Notes: generated by a model not told the origin, from the sequence alone. DNA of 38,412 nucleotides from Dehalococcoidia bacterium (GCA_027249445.1 JAPNTN010000049.1:1-38412); one strand, 5' to 3'. Shown: positions 9,612 through 18,493, counted from the first letter of the stretch. A program made the numbers and translations.

Positions 9612-9902
9612 TCAACCTTCGTTAATAGGGTTTAGCCAATGCTCATATATATCAATCAAGAGTTTGTCAGCAATGTTACCTGTATAGTCAGGCCATAAGT
9701 CTATCTGCATGAATTTTACAGTATAAAGAGTCTCAAGTGGATATCCGTCATACCCATAGGCCAACTTTTCAGGGTTCTTAAAACTACCACATACTGACTC
9801 AATGATCCCTGTACTACCTTGTATATATACTGGGGTCCTGTAATGTCCCAATGGAGAATCTATTCGGACCTTCACAATATCCCCAATTTTGAACTTCCCC
9901 AT
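9612..9902 (-). CDS. nitrile hydratase beta subunit, C-terminal half, as a separate polypeptide
   Basis: 96 aa. FKIGDIVKVR...GHYRTPVYIQGSTGIIE...LYTVKF...DIYEHWL matches the SH3-like C-terminal domain of NHase beta. It has its own AAGGA SD and ATG, 20 nt after the stop of the upstream ORF. Confidence 0.82.
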   Translation of the reverse strand: MGKFKIGDIVKVRIDSPLGHYRTPVYIQGSTGIIESVCGSFKNPEKLAYGYDGYPLETLYTVKFMQIDLWPDYTGNIADKLLIDIYEHWLNPINEG

Positions 9903-9922
9903 CTTATTTCCTTTGCAGTTAC

Positions 9923-10216
9923 TTAGCTTGGGGTATCAGACATTTTCTCATCTATCTCTGGGACAGACAAAAGTTCATTTTCTGTTACTAGGACTTCCAA
10001 GGCATGAGTCCATCGCTCGTAATACGTCATATGCTCATATTGATCCTTAGGTATACTTTCAATCACCCTTCGCATCTGATCCGTACTTCTTAATCCTTTA
10101 TTACCTAATACAGCGTGCATTGCGTCAACCCGGAGTTCCCAATCCATCATTTCATGTTCGTCCATATTGATTGGAGTATCATCCGGGAGTCCACCTCTGT
10201 CGTGTACACCTCTCAT
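9923..10216 (-). CDS. nitrile hydratase beta subunit, N-terminal half, as a separate polypeptide
   Basis: 97 aa starting MRGVHDRGG (beta N-terminal M-x-G-x-HD-x-GG). Also contains RRVIESIPKDQYEHMTYYERWTHALEVL, the helical beta core. AGGAG lies upstream. Confidence 0.78.
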   Translation of the reverse strand: MRGVHDRGGLPDDTPINMDEHEMMDWELRVDAMHAVLGNKGLRSTDQMRRVIESIPKDQYEHMTYYERWTHALEVLVTENELLSVPEIDEKMSDTPS

Positions 10217-10288
10217 ACTGGCTCCTATTGGGCATATTGGACCTTAAAATGCCACTAAAATAGCTATTGTTAGTAAACATTATACTGA

Positions 10289-11563
10289 TCATTCTGAATT
10301 TGGTAAGGGTCGCCTCATAATGCCAAATGTCACTGCACCAAGGGCAAATATGATCGTAAATATCCACAGTGGCAACGTGTAATTACCATGTATATCAAAC
10401 CACCATCCGACAAAGAATGGGGCCAATAATACTCCTGGAAAGTTAGCTAATTGTACGAATCCTCTTAATCTGGTAAATGTTTTCCTACCAAAATACTCGC
10501 CTAGGGTAGCCCAATTTGTAGGCGCGCTCCCATCCGCCACTGAAAACAGAAATACAAACACCAGCACCACCCATATACCCTGAAACCCCATAGCCAACAA
10601 CGCGAACGACCCGGTTCCAAAAATAGACGCCATCATTAAAACCCAGTTCTTCGGAAATCTATCACCGAGCCAACCAATAACTATATACATCAGCATAGTC
10701 ATGAATAGTAGTAGCGAGAAAGCCAACACCGCAATTTGCTGGCTGACTCCAACACTCACGAATATCGGGATTATATGGAGCATTATCGCCGCCTTAGCTA
10801 TTAAACGAAACGCCGTCGCCAAAACTAAAATCCAATATGTGGGCGTCAACATAGCAGTTTTCAGCTCATATTCCACAGGTGGAATCCATACACTACCGTC
10901 ATGGGAATCTGAAGTATCCGGTATACCATCAGAAGTTTCTGGATCGCCATCCATAGTAAGCCCCATACTCTCCGGAGTATCCTTAATGAAAAACGCGAGC
11001 GGAAGCACGACACACAATATCACCAATCCGATGATAGTAAATGTTGAACTCAAGCCTAGGACTGCGATGGACACAGCTACCAATGGCACCAACACAACCG
11101 GTACTATTGAATCAAGCGCGTGAAAGACAGACATAGCCATAGATTTCTGTCTATAAAACCAGTTATTAAGAAGAGTAGCCATTGGATAGGAGAAACCAAT
11201 GTTACTACCCACGGTGATTATCCCTAAATAGACAATAGCAAATGCCCAAATATTGGGAGAATATCCTAATATGAGAAATCCACCACCGCTCATAGCGGCC
11301 CCAACAAACACCAATGCCCTGGGGCCATACTTGTCAACTAACCATCCAGCCAATGGGCCCGTAGGACCGTTCTCGGCTCTTGCCAGAGAAAATATCAAGG
11401 ATACCTCTGCTCTCGTAGCTCCGAAGAACTGCTCGACAGGCAAAATGAACACAGGAAAACCCTTGTTGACAGCTGTCTTGTTTATGGAGGTTACAAACGC
11501 GCCTAAACCTACCATCCACCAGCCAAAAAACATATTTGACAGCTTAAATTTACTAATTAACAA
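10289..11563 (-). CDS. MFS transporter (oxalate/formate antiporter-like subfamily)
   Basis: 424 aa, about 12 hydrophobic helices. Loop motif GWLVDKYGPRALV between TM2 and TM3, and an acidic central loop. Paralogous to the adjacent MFS gene. Confidence 0.85.
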   Translation of the reverse strand: MLISKFKLSNMFFGWWMVGLGAFVTSINKTAVNKGFPVFILPVEQFFGATRAEVSLIFSLARAENGPTGPLAGWLVDKYGPRALVFVGAAMSGGGFLILGYSPNIWAFAIVYLGIITVGSNIGFSYPMATLLNNWFYRQKSMAMSVFHALDSIVPVVLVPLVAVSIAVLGLSSTFTIIGLVILCVVLPLAFFIKDTPESMGLTMDGDPETSDGIPDTSDSHDGSVWIPPVEYELKTAMLTPTYWILVLATAFRLIAKAAIMLHIIPIFVSVGVSQQIAVLAFSLLLFMTMLMYIVIGWLGDRFPKNWVLMMASIFGTGSFALLAMGFQGIWVVLVFVFLFSVADGSAPTNWATLGEYFGRKTFTRLRGFVQLANFPGVLLAPFFVGWWFDIHGNYTLPLWIFTIIFALGAVTFGIMRRPLPNSE

Positions 11564-11647
11564 TACACTGGTCCTGTAGATAGTTGGTAGTCATATTTAC
11601 AACACATGATATTAGACTATTCTAGCCGTATATCTTCTTCAGAAAGA

Positions 11648-12868
11648 TCATAATACAGGAGAGTTTCCTAGTACTGGGTGCTTGGGTGGAGTTACAGTCA
11701 CCACCACTAATGCCCCTATCGCATAAAGGCTTATCAACAACCACCAAGCAGATGTGTAAGTACCCATACCATCATGCATATAGCCTACTATAGGAGCTCC
11801 TAGTCCAGCACTAATCAGATTAACAGGCATGACTATCCCACGTATAGCGCCCAGGAATTCCCTTCCAAAATACGAAGCAAATATGTACGAATGCACTACC
11901 ATTCCCGCACCAACAGATAAACCAAACGTTATTGTAGATGCAAACAAAAATACTTCATCAAATCCACATATCATAAGGAATATAGCCACAGTAAATCCCA
12001 CAAAAGAAATTCCTGCAATATATCTGATCGGGAATCTATCTGCTAACCATCCAGAGATTAGAGCCATTGTAGCAGCACCAGCTGCATCAGCTGAAAAAGC
12101 ATAGGACACTATATGCGCATCGAAGCCTCGCTCTATCCAATATGGAATTCTATGAACACTTGCCCCGCCTTGAGCCATACCTGTGACAGCAAAGACAAAC
12201 ATTAACTTCCATAGTGCTCCCGTATGAAGGGCCTCTTTAACAGTCCACTGAATCTCAACAAGGGGATTTTCCTTCCCCGTATCAGAATGATCAGGCGATA
12301 CTTTGTCGCCGTCCACGACCAGGCCCATATCTTCTGGTTGGCGCCTTAGGAAAATAAGTGATATCGGCGCAGCAATGAAAAAGAATATTAGAGCTAATGC
12401 AGACCAGGCACCTCGCCATCCAAGATTACTTATAAGAAACTGAGTAAATGGCAAAAATACAATTCCCCCAATTCCTAACCCCGTTGTAGCGATAGCTAGA
12501 GCCTTACCTCGCTTCCTGAGGAACCATTTTGCTACAGGTACCGATGTAACAATGCCATTGGGAGTCGCTAGACCTGATACACCCACCACACCAAATAAAA
12601 CTATGATGTGCCATGGAGATGTAGCTCTCGATACAAGAAAAAGACATAATCCGATAGCCAAGGCCGAAACTGGTATGAAAATGCGCGGCCCATACCGATC
12701 TATCAATCTTCCAACTACAAAGCTCGATAGACTAGCAGACACACGTCTAGTTGTTTGTGTCCATCCAAACTGGCTTCTAGACATGTTCAATGCATTAGAC
12801 ATTGGCAGAACAAAGAGACCAAAATTAAGGTTTCCAGTAGCCATAGTTGAGAAATTTACAGCCCACAT
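11648..12868 (-). CDS. MFS transporter, paralog of the neighbouring gene; true N-terminus probably extends to about 12919-12922
   Basis: 406 aa from the first ATG, with motif GRLIDRYGPRIF. The in-frame upstream codons encode IIKSKFDGIFYGWVIVAT, which aligns with the paralog N-terminus MLISKFKLSNMFFGWWMV. No ATG/GTG/TTG is in frame there (see findings). Confidence 0.8.
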   Translation of the reverse strand: MWAVNFSTMATGNLNFGLFVLPMSNALNMSRSQFGWTQTTRRVSASLSSFVVGRLIDRYGPRIFIPVSALAIGLCLFLVSRATSPWHIIVLFGVVGVSGLATPNGIVTSVPVAKWFLRKRGKALAIATTGLGIGGIVFLPFTQFLISNLGWRGAWSALALIFFFIAAPISLIFLRRQPEDMGLVVDGDKVSPDHSDTGKENPLVEIQWTVKEALHTGALWKLMFVFAVTGMAQGGASVHRIPYWIERGFDAHIVSYAFSADAAGAATMALISGWLADRFPIRYIAGISFVGFTVAIFLMICGFDEVFLFASTITFGLSVGAGMVVHSYIFASYFGREFLGAIRGIVMPVNLISAGLGAPIVGYMHDGMGTYTSAWWLLISLYAIGALVVVTVTPPKHPVLGNSPVL

Positions 12869-12935
12869 CGTGGCAACAATTACCCAACCGTAAAATATTC
12901 CATCAAATTTAGATTTTATGATCCATCTCCTACGA

Positions 12936-12974
12936 CCATATATAAGGCGGGTCTACGACCCGCCTTATATATGG
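12936..12974 (-). terminator. perfect 18-bp stem / 3-nt loop hairpin between the LLM oxidoreductase and MFS genes
   Basis: CCATATATAAGGCGGGTC-TAC-GACCCGCCTTATATATGG, 17 nt downstream of the stop at 12991. No clear U-tract follows, so it could be a terminator or an RNA-stability element. Confidence 0.5.
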
Positions 12975-12990
12975 TTAGACCTTCACGAAT

Positions 12991-14043
12991 CTAATCTTGA
13001 AACTGAGGCATAACCTCTTTTGCAAAGAGTTCTAATGACTTTTTAACCTTAGTGCTCTCTATACCGCCGTAGTTGACGAACAATATAATCTTTCTTACCC
13101 CTAAATCACTCAATAACTGAATCTTTTCGATCAGTTCGTCAGGTGTTCCAAATAGAACGACTTTCTCACACATCTCTTCGTAATCTACCGAAGAAGTTGC
13201 CGAGAATCTCCTACGATACTCACTGAAATTTTCAGGTAAGAGCTCGCCTCTACGTTCCGGAGGAGCTCCCACTTCTGCACTAGTCTCTTTAAACCACATG
13301 AAAGGAACTTCAGAATCTTCTCGCACTTGCTTTTCGTCCTTGTGCGTATACATTGCCCTAGCGACTGTCACCTGATAAGGATCAAATTTCGACCCTGCTT
13401 CTCCTACAGCCGAACCAAAATAATTGATTTGTTCACCTACTTTTGCAAAAGACTCTCCTTGTCCGATCAGAAGATTCCAACCGTTCTGTGCTATACGGTC
13501 CATACTCGCCTGACTGCTAGCTGCCACCCATAATGGAGGATGGGGGTTCTGAATAGGTTTAGGATGTACCGTCATGTCATTAAAAGTCCAAAATTCACCG
13601 GCATGGTCGAAGGCAATTTTGCTTGTCCAGCCTTTTATCAGCACATCCAAAGCTTCCTTAAACCGCCTATCAGCCTCATCCATAGGAATATTCAATCTGT
13701 TGAATTCTCCCCATTGGTATCCTCTACCTACTCCTAAATCAAGTCTGCCGTTACTAAGTAGATCCACCGTAGCAGTTTGCTCAGCTACATCAATAGGGCT
13801 ATGAAATGGTAAAACTGTTACAGCAGTACCCAATCTGATATCACTAGTCTTAGCAGCTAGATAAGACAAAACTGAGAATGTAGCCGACACAATACCATGC
13901 CTAGAAAAGTGATGTTCCGTGAACCATACTGATTCGTATCCTAGTTGCTCTGCCCACAAAACTTGATCCAATGCCTCGTCATAATACTCTTGCTGCCTAG
14001 TTGGATCTGGCAATTGAACCGAATGGAATAACCCAAACTTCAT
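12991..14043 (-). CDS. LLM-class (luciferase-like) flavin-dependent oxidoreductase
   Basis: 350 aa. MKFGLF...LGYESVWFTEHHF N-terminus, GRLDLGVGRGY and PPLWVAA motifs of bacterial luciferase-like monooxygenases. GGAAGGG SD. Confidence 0.88.
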   Translation of the reverse strand: MKFGLFHSVQLPDPTRQQEYYDEALDQVLWAEQLGYESVWFTEHHFSRHGIVSATFSVLSYLAAKTSDIRLGTAVTVLPFHSPIDVAEQTATVDLLSNGRLDLGVGRGYQWGEFNRLNIPMDEADRRFKEALDVLIKGWTSKIAFDHAGEFWTFNDMTVHPKPIQNPHPPLWVAASSQASMDRIAQNGWNLLIGQGESFAKVGEQINYFGSAVGEAGSKFDPYQVTVARAMYTHKDEKQVREDSEVPFMWFKETSAEVGAPPERRGELLPENFSEYRRRFSATSSVDYEEMCEKVVLFGTPDELIEKIQLLSDLGVRKIILFVNYGGIESTKVKKSLELFAKEVMPQFQD

Positions 14044-14115
14044 GAAATAACCCTTCCTATTAATCTGTGAAAAATATTATACCCGCAAATTAGAGCTTGA
14101 TATCACCAAAATCAA

Positions 14116-14955
14116 TCAGAATCCCTGCCAATACCTCTTGCCATTTAGCCTTATTATTTTGCCAAACCCTGGAGACGGTAAATGCCCTGCCAAAACTTTA
14201 TAATCATTCGCCTCGATAAGATTAACTATAGAGTGCCGAGTTTCTCTCGCCAAGTCAGGATCTATGTCAGCTCGCGACGACCAGTCCATCTCCTGAAGCT
14301 GTGCTGCATTATGCAAAACGTCGCCTAATATTATCCCTGTTTCTCCACCCGATGATATTTGTATGCTGAAATGACCCGGGGTATGCCCAGGAGTCGCGAT
14401 AGCTTTCAGTTCGCTAGTTATAGAGGTATCATCATCCAAAAAGTCTATCAACCCCAATTCTTGCAGCGGCCAAACACACCGCTCAGCATTTGGGAATCTA
14501 TCTTTTATCAGATCGGGATTATGACACGCCTCCCAGTCTTTATAACTCAGGCAATATCTGGCATTAGGAAATGTCGGAACAGAATTACCGTTTTCCTGAG
14601 TAAGGTTCCATCCTATGTGATCTCTATGGGCATGTGTCATGATTACCAGGTCTACATCGGTTGGATTAATATCGTACCTCTTCATATCGTCCATCAGTTC
14701 ACCCCAAGGTGCATCTGGATGACGAGGAGAACGCGGCCCCATCCCTGTATCCACAAGAATATTCTTACCATCTGACCGAAAAAAATAAGACGCTAGGTTG
14801 AAGCTCACTTTATTATCTTCAGTTAAATGGTCTCGATACTGATCCCAAGACTCATCAGGAATAGAAGGAAAGAATTCACAAATATCAAATTCAAGCTTTC
14901 CATCGGAAATAGAGAGGACTTCTATGTTCCCGATAGTGATTATATTTTCATGCAT
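14116..14955 (-). CDS. MBL-fold metallo-hydrolase
   Basis: HAHRDHIGW (HxHxDH), with downstream GHTPGH and a late His and Asp. The ORF track starts at a TTG at 15000. The ATG at 14955 (MHENIITIGNIEV) is preferred. Confidence 0.82.
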   Translation of the reverse strand: MHENIITIGNIEVLSISDGKLEFDICEFFPSIPDESWDQYRDHLTEDNKVSFNLASYFFRSDGKNILVDTGMGPRSPRHPDAPWGELMDDMKRYDINPTDVDLVIMTHAHRDHIGWNLTQENGNSVPTFPNARYCLSYKDWEACHNPDLIKDRFPNAERCVWPLQELGLIDFLDDDTSITSELKAIATPGHTPGHFSIQISSGGETGIILGDVLHNAAQLQEMDWSSRADIDPDLARETRHSIVNLIEANDYKVLAGHLPSPGFGKIIRLNGKRYWQGF

Positions 14956-15050
14956 AATGATTTCCCAAACTGTAAATTTCTCATGAACCCAATGTGACAA
15001 TCACTTGATGATAATACTGTACGGAACACACAAAAGATAGCAAACAAACA

Positions 15051-15078
15051 ACAGGGAGACTCATAAGAGTCTCCCTGT
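15051..15078 (-). terminator. rho-independent terminator of the SBP gene
   Basis: Perfect 12-bp stem ACAGGGAGACTC-ATAA-GAGTCTCCCTGT, 35 nt downstream of the stop at 15113. On the minus strand it is followed by TGTTTGTTTGCTATCTTTTG. Confidence 0.7.
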
Positions 15079-15112
15079 CTTGAGTACCTTTGTACCTCTA
15101 TTAAGAGGGTTT

Positions 15113-16945
15113 TTAGTCAGCGAATCTGATTGTGTGTAGGGCGCTCATATCAGCCTTTAGCGGATATGGTTCCCAGGCAACGATGTCGCTGGCCACTCCA
15201 TATGGAGCATCAAGGTAACCAGGTGCCCAGTCCCAGAGCTGTGAATGTACCTGCTGGTGAGCTGCATAGTATGCGGCTTCCTTCTCTTCAGGTGTGACAG
15301 CAGCTAAGAGGATGTCAACCTTTTCCTCGATTGATGGGTCATAAGTTATATAGCTACTTGAGGACGTGCCGAAGCGGCCCTTGTATTTGCTACCTACGTC
15401 ATAGTCGTGCTCATTGGATCGGACAAGCTGTTCACCTGGTATTGCACCAGAATACTGCTTATCTTTCACTGATACTTCTTCACCAACGTTTACTTCGCAC
15501 TCAATGTTCAGTTCCGTCTCCCACATGCTGCAGAAGAGTTCTGACATTTCAATGATACGAGGAGCTGAGGCTCCGGCAGGCCATGTCCAAACCTGGTAAG
15601 GCTCGTCATAGTTGAATCCTGCGCCATCTGGATAACCCTTCTCCGCGAAGATTTCACGGGCTTTATCTGGGTCATAAGCTGGCGGATCCAAACCAGGACC
15701 GAAACCTAGACCTGATGGTGAGACAGCTGCGGTACCCTTGATGTGGAATACATCAGGTCCACCGAAGAATGTCTGAATCGTCTCTTTGTTGATTGCATGG
15801 GCCATGGCATAACGGATGTCCTTGTCGTTACACATCAGCGTACGACCTTGGAGATCCAAACCATTACCAGCACCACCAGCCTGTGGCGGCTGATCATCAG
15901 AACAGCTGTTTGAGTTAATCCAAATTACTGTCGCTTCAGGACCAAAGAAGAGGTTTCCACCAGCATCTAAGATCTGATCTAACACTACTAGGTCAGCAGG
16001 AATTAGATCGGCGGTGCCAGTTCGCAGTGCAGCGATCTGGGTGGACTGCTCAGCAACTAACCGTACTGACAGTTCGTTGAATGCATATTCACGATCTGGG
16101 CGGGTTGTGTAACCATCCCATTTCCTGTAGAGAATCTCTTCTGCTGGCAGGTGAGCTACTAGCTCGAAAGGACCAGCGGATGAAGGGTTCGGGTCAGCTT
16201 CGTAAGCTGCGTCACCATAATTCTCGAACCAAGCTTGCTGGTGAACAATTCCTGCACTACCACCACTGGCGGTTTGGTCAGAAATATAACCAGGGAATGC
16301 TGTGTTGACCTGGGTAAACTCGATGGTTACCTCGTTGTCTCCACTTGCATATGCGTGGGTATCGATGATTTTGGCAATACGTTGCCTGACACGTGATACT
16401 GCTTCTTCATCAAATGCCCATTGCAGGCTGAAAGCAACATCGTCAGGTGTTATGGGATCACCGTTATGGAAGGTTAGACCATCCTTGAGGGTGAGGATAT
16501 AACCAGTGTTATCTGGAGTTAATTCAAAACTGCTGATTGGACCATTTCCACCGAGCTCAATACCGCCTTCTGCGTGGATTAAGCGCTCCTGGAGTAGATC
16601 CCACCATCCAAATTTGTCACTGGAGATGTATCGAGAGTTGAATACTTCGTTACCAAACGAGGCGGTAAGCATAGTGATACGGTCCCTAGTATTGATCGCA
16701 TTTGGATCAACTGGAACTGGGGTCGGGGTGGCTACCACCATCTTTTCGACCTCTTTTTCCACTATCTTTTCAACTTCGACTTCTTTTTCGACTACCTTTT
16801 CGACTTCGACTTCCTTGATAACTTCCTTTTCCACTATCGTGGGCTCAGCTGGTGCAGCTCCGCAGGCTACTGCGAACACTAATACCATCATTAACGCTGG
16901 CGTCAATGCTAGTAGAAGTTTACTGCGCATACTAGGGATTCTCAT
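15113..16945 (-). CDS. ABC transporter substrate-binding protein, family 5 (peptide/opine/nickel type), probable lipoprotein
   Basis: ATG at 16945 with AGGAGG 6 nt upstream. Signal peptide ending VFAVAC (Cys28), then an (EKEV)n linker and a large family-5 SBP body. No permease or ATPase genes are adjacent. Confidence 0.85.
   Translation of the reverse strand: MRIPSMRSKLLLALTPALMMVLVFAVACGAAPAEPTIVEKEVIKEVEVEKVVEKEVEVEKIVEKEVEKMVVATPTPVPVDPNAINTRDRITMLTASFGNEVFNSRYISSDKFGWWDLLQERLIHAEGGIELGGNGPISSFELTPDNTGYILTLKDGLTFHNGDPITPDDVAFSLQWAFDEEAVSRVRQRIAKIIDTHAYASGDNEVTIEFTQVNTAFPGYISDQTASGGSAGIVHQQAWFENYGDAAYEADPNPSSAGPFELVAHLPAEEILYRKWDGYTTRPDREYAFNELSVRLVAEQSTQIAALRTGTADLIPADLVVLDQILDAGGNLFFGPEATVIWINSNSCSDDQPPQAGGAGNGLDLQGRTLMCNDKDIRYAMAHAINKETIQTFFGGPDVFHIKGTAAVSPSGLGFGPGLDPPAYDPDKAREIFAEKGYPDGAGFNYDEPYQVWTWPAGASAPRIIEMSELFCSMWETELNIECEVNVGEEVSVKDKQYSGAIPGEQLVRSNEHDYDVGSKYKGRFGTSSSSYITYDPSIEEKVDILLAAVTPEEKEAAYYAAHQQVHSQLWDWAPGYLDAPYGVASDIVAWEPYPLKADMSALHTIRFAD
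16733..16837 (-). repeat. imperfect tandem 12-24 nt repeats encoding the linker IVEKEVIKEVEVEKVVEKEVEVEKIVEKEVEKMVV
   Basis: Plus strand reads ...CTTTTCGACCTCTTTTTCCACTATCTTTTCAACTTCGACTTCTTTTTCGACTACCTTTTCGACTTCGACTTCCTT... Periodic GAAAAG/GAAGTCGAA units lie inside the SBP gene just after the lipobox. Confidence 0.85.
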
Positions 16946-17326
16946 GGGTCCTCCTAAAAGTAACGTATACAACTCCCTCTCGCCCTTCTGAGCGAGAATG
17001 CCGTGATCCTATCATGCACGATTTATCTTGTCAACAAAAACCATCCCATAACAAGAGCCCAATTTCAAGCGGTATTAAACGTGAAATTGGGAATGTGAAA
17101 TAACTTTGGCGATGCAGTATTCCAACAACAAATACTGCTGCAAATATCTCAACACAAATCTTGATGTTTTTGTCATTTTAAGCATAACGTAAACGTATAC
17201 GTCCCCTTAAGCACTACAGTAGCCGTACCAATTTATCAACCCCTAGGTAAAAAGCATTACCTAGAATTATCGTGTATTATTAGCGCAAATTTTTGAAGAC
17301 AACTCCGCATAAACAGGCAGGAAAAT

Positions 17327-18493
17327 ATGATTACTAAAATTGGCAGTTTATTCGCAGGAAATGTAGATTTGCCCGAAATTGGATTCGCAGGAACTCCTGC
17401 CAACGAACGTTGGCTACCCGATAAGGACCTCGCCTCAGTATTTGATAAATGCGAAGCTATGGCCACCTGTATGGACAAGTACGGGTACAGCACCTTCTGG
17501 GCAGCAGAACATCATTTCCAACGCGAAGGATATGAATGTATACCAAATCTGATGATGCTATTTACACATCTGGCCCACCTGACAAAGAAAATAAGATTCG
17601 GATGCGGATTTAACATATCCCCAATGTGGCACCCGTTGAGACTGGCAGAAGACTACGCAACCGCAGACATATTAACGAATGGACGCGTAAGATTTGGAGT
17701 CGGCAGAGGATACCATACTAGAGAGGTAGAAACGGTTGGATCCCCTATATTAGACCAAGATGCTAATCGAGAAATATTCGAAGAGCAAATAGAAATAATA
17801 TTCAAAGCTTTTAACGAAAGGTCCTTCTCTCATAAAGGAAAATATTATGATATACCTCCGAAAGTCCCATATCGTGGCTACGAACTAGAAAACATATCCC
17901 TGGTTCCAAAACCCGCTAATCTACCTGTTGAATGCTGGCAACCAATAGTTAGCGGAAGCACCAGGTCTCTAGATTTTATGGCTAAACATGGAATAAAAGG
18001 CATGATAGGAGGCGGGGCTGCTACTGGTGGAGCCAGTGATGAGGTAGTTAAACGATGGCAAGAAGCACTAGCCAGACATGGAAAAGAAACAGAACTTGGT
18101 GGCGATTTAATTATAGGCTTTTCGGTACAATTGGCTGATACAGAGGCTGAGGCAATCAATCAAGCCAGAGCATGGGTAGAGGAACGAATCAAAATGTTCG
18201 GGCCATTAGGATTTATTCCAGGTTTAACAGATCAGCAATTACAAGACCTAACAGATCCTGCCAAGGCACCTTTAGCTGAATTCCCCACTATAGAAGATGC
18301 GGTTAAAAGTGGCTCTTGGTTTTGCGGGCCACCGGATCGAGTCATAGAACAAATACAAGAGGTTCAAGATAGATATCCTGGCTTAGACGAAATCAACATC
18401 GGCGTAACAAATATGGGGATGCCGTTAAAAGCGACTCTTGAGCAATTAGAATGGTTCGGGCAAGACGTTCTCCCGAAATTCACACCCCAATAA
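17327..18493 (+). CDS. LLM-class (luciferase-like) flavin-dependent oxidoreductase
   Basis: 388 aa. FWAAEHHFQREGYE, GRVRFGVGRGY and other LLM-fold motifs. Confidence 0.88.
   Translation: MITKIGSLFAGNVDLPEIGFAGTPANERWLPDKDLASVFDKCEAMATCMDKYGYSTFWAAEHHFQREGYECIPNLMMLFTHLAHLTKKIRFGCGFNISPMWHPLRLAEDYATADILTNGRVRFGVGRGYHTREVETVGSPILDQDANREIFEEQIEIIFKAFNERSFSHKGKYYDIPPKVPYRGYELENISLVPKPANLPVECWQPIVSGSTRSLDFMAKHGIKGMIGGGAATGGASDEVVKRWQEALARHGKETELGGDLIIGFSVQLADTEAEAINQARAWVEERIKMFGPLGFIPGLTDQQLQDLTDPAKAPLAEFPTIEDAVKSGSWFCGPPDRVIEQIQEVQDRYPGLDEINIGVTNMGMPLKATLEQLEWFGQDVLPKFTPQ

Noticed and set aside
9923-10216. Alternative reading of the 97-aa ORF as the NHase activator/accessory protein, which is homologous to the beta N-terminus
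   Set aside because: It has the beta-type MxGxHDxGG start and the YYERW core. It lies upstream of the beta C-half, not downstream of alpha, and without it the enzyme would lack half of beta. Residual uncertainty remains until a profile search is done.
16506-16991. 161-aa plus-strand ORF with low-complexity STSFSTIFSTSTS repeats
   Set aside because: It is the antisense shadow of the (EKEV)n repeat and signal peptide of the well-supported SBP gene.
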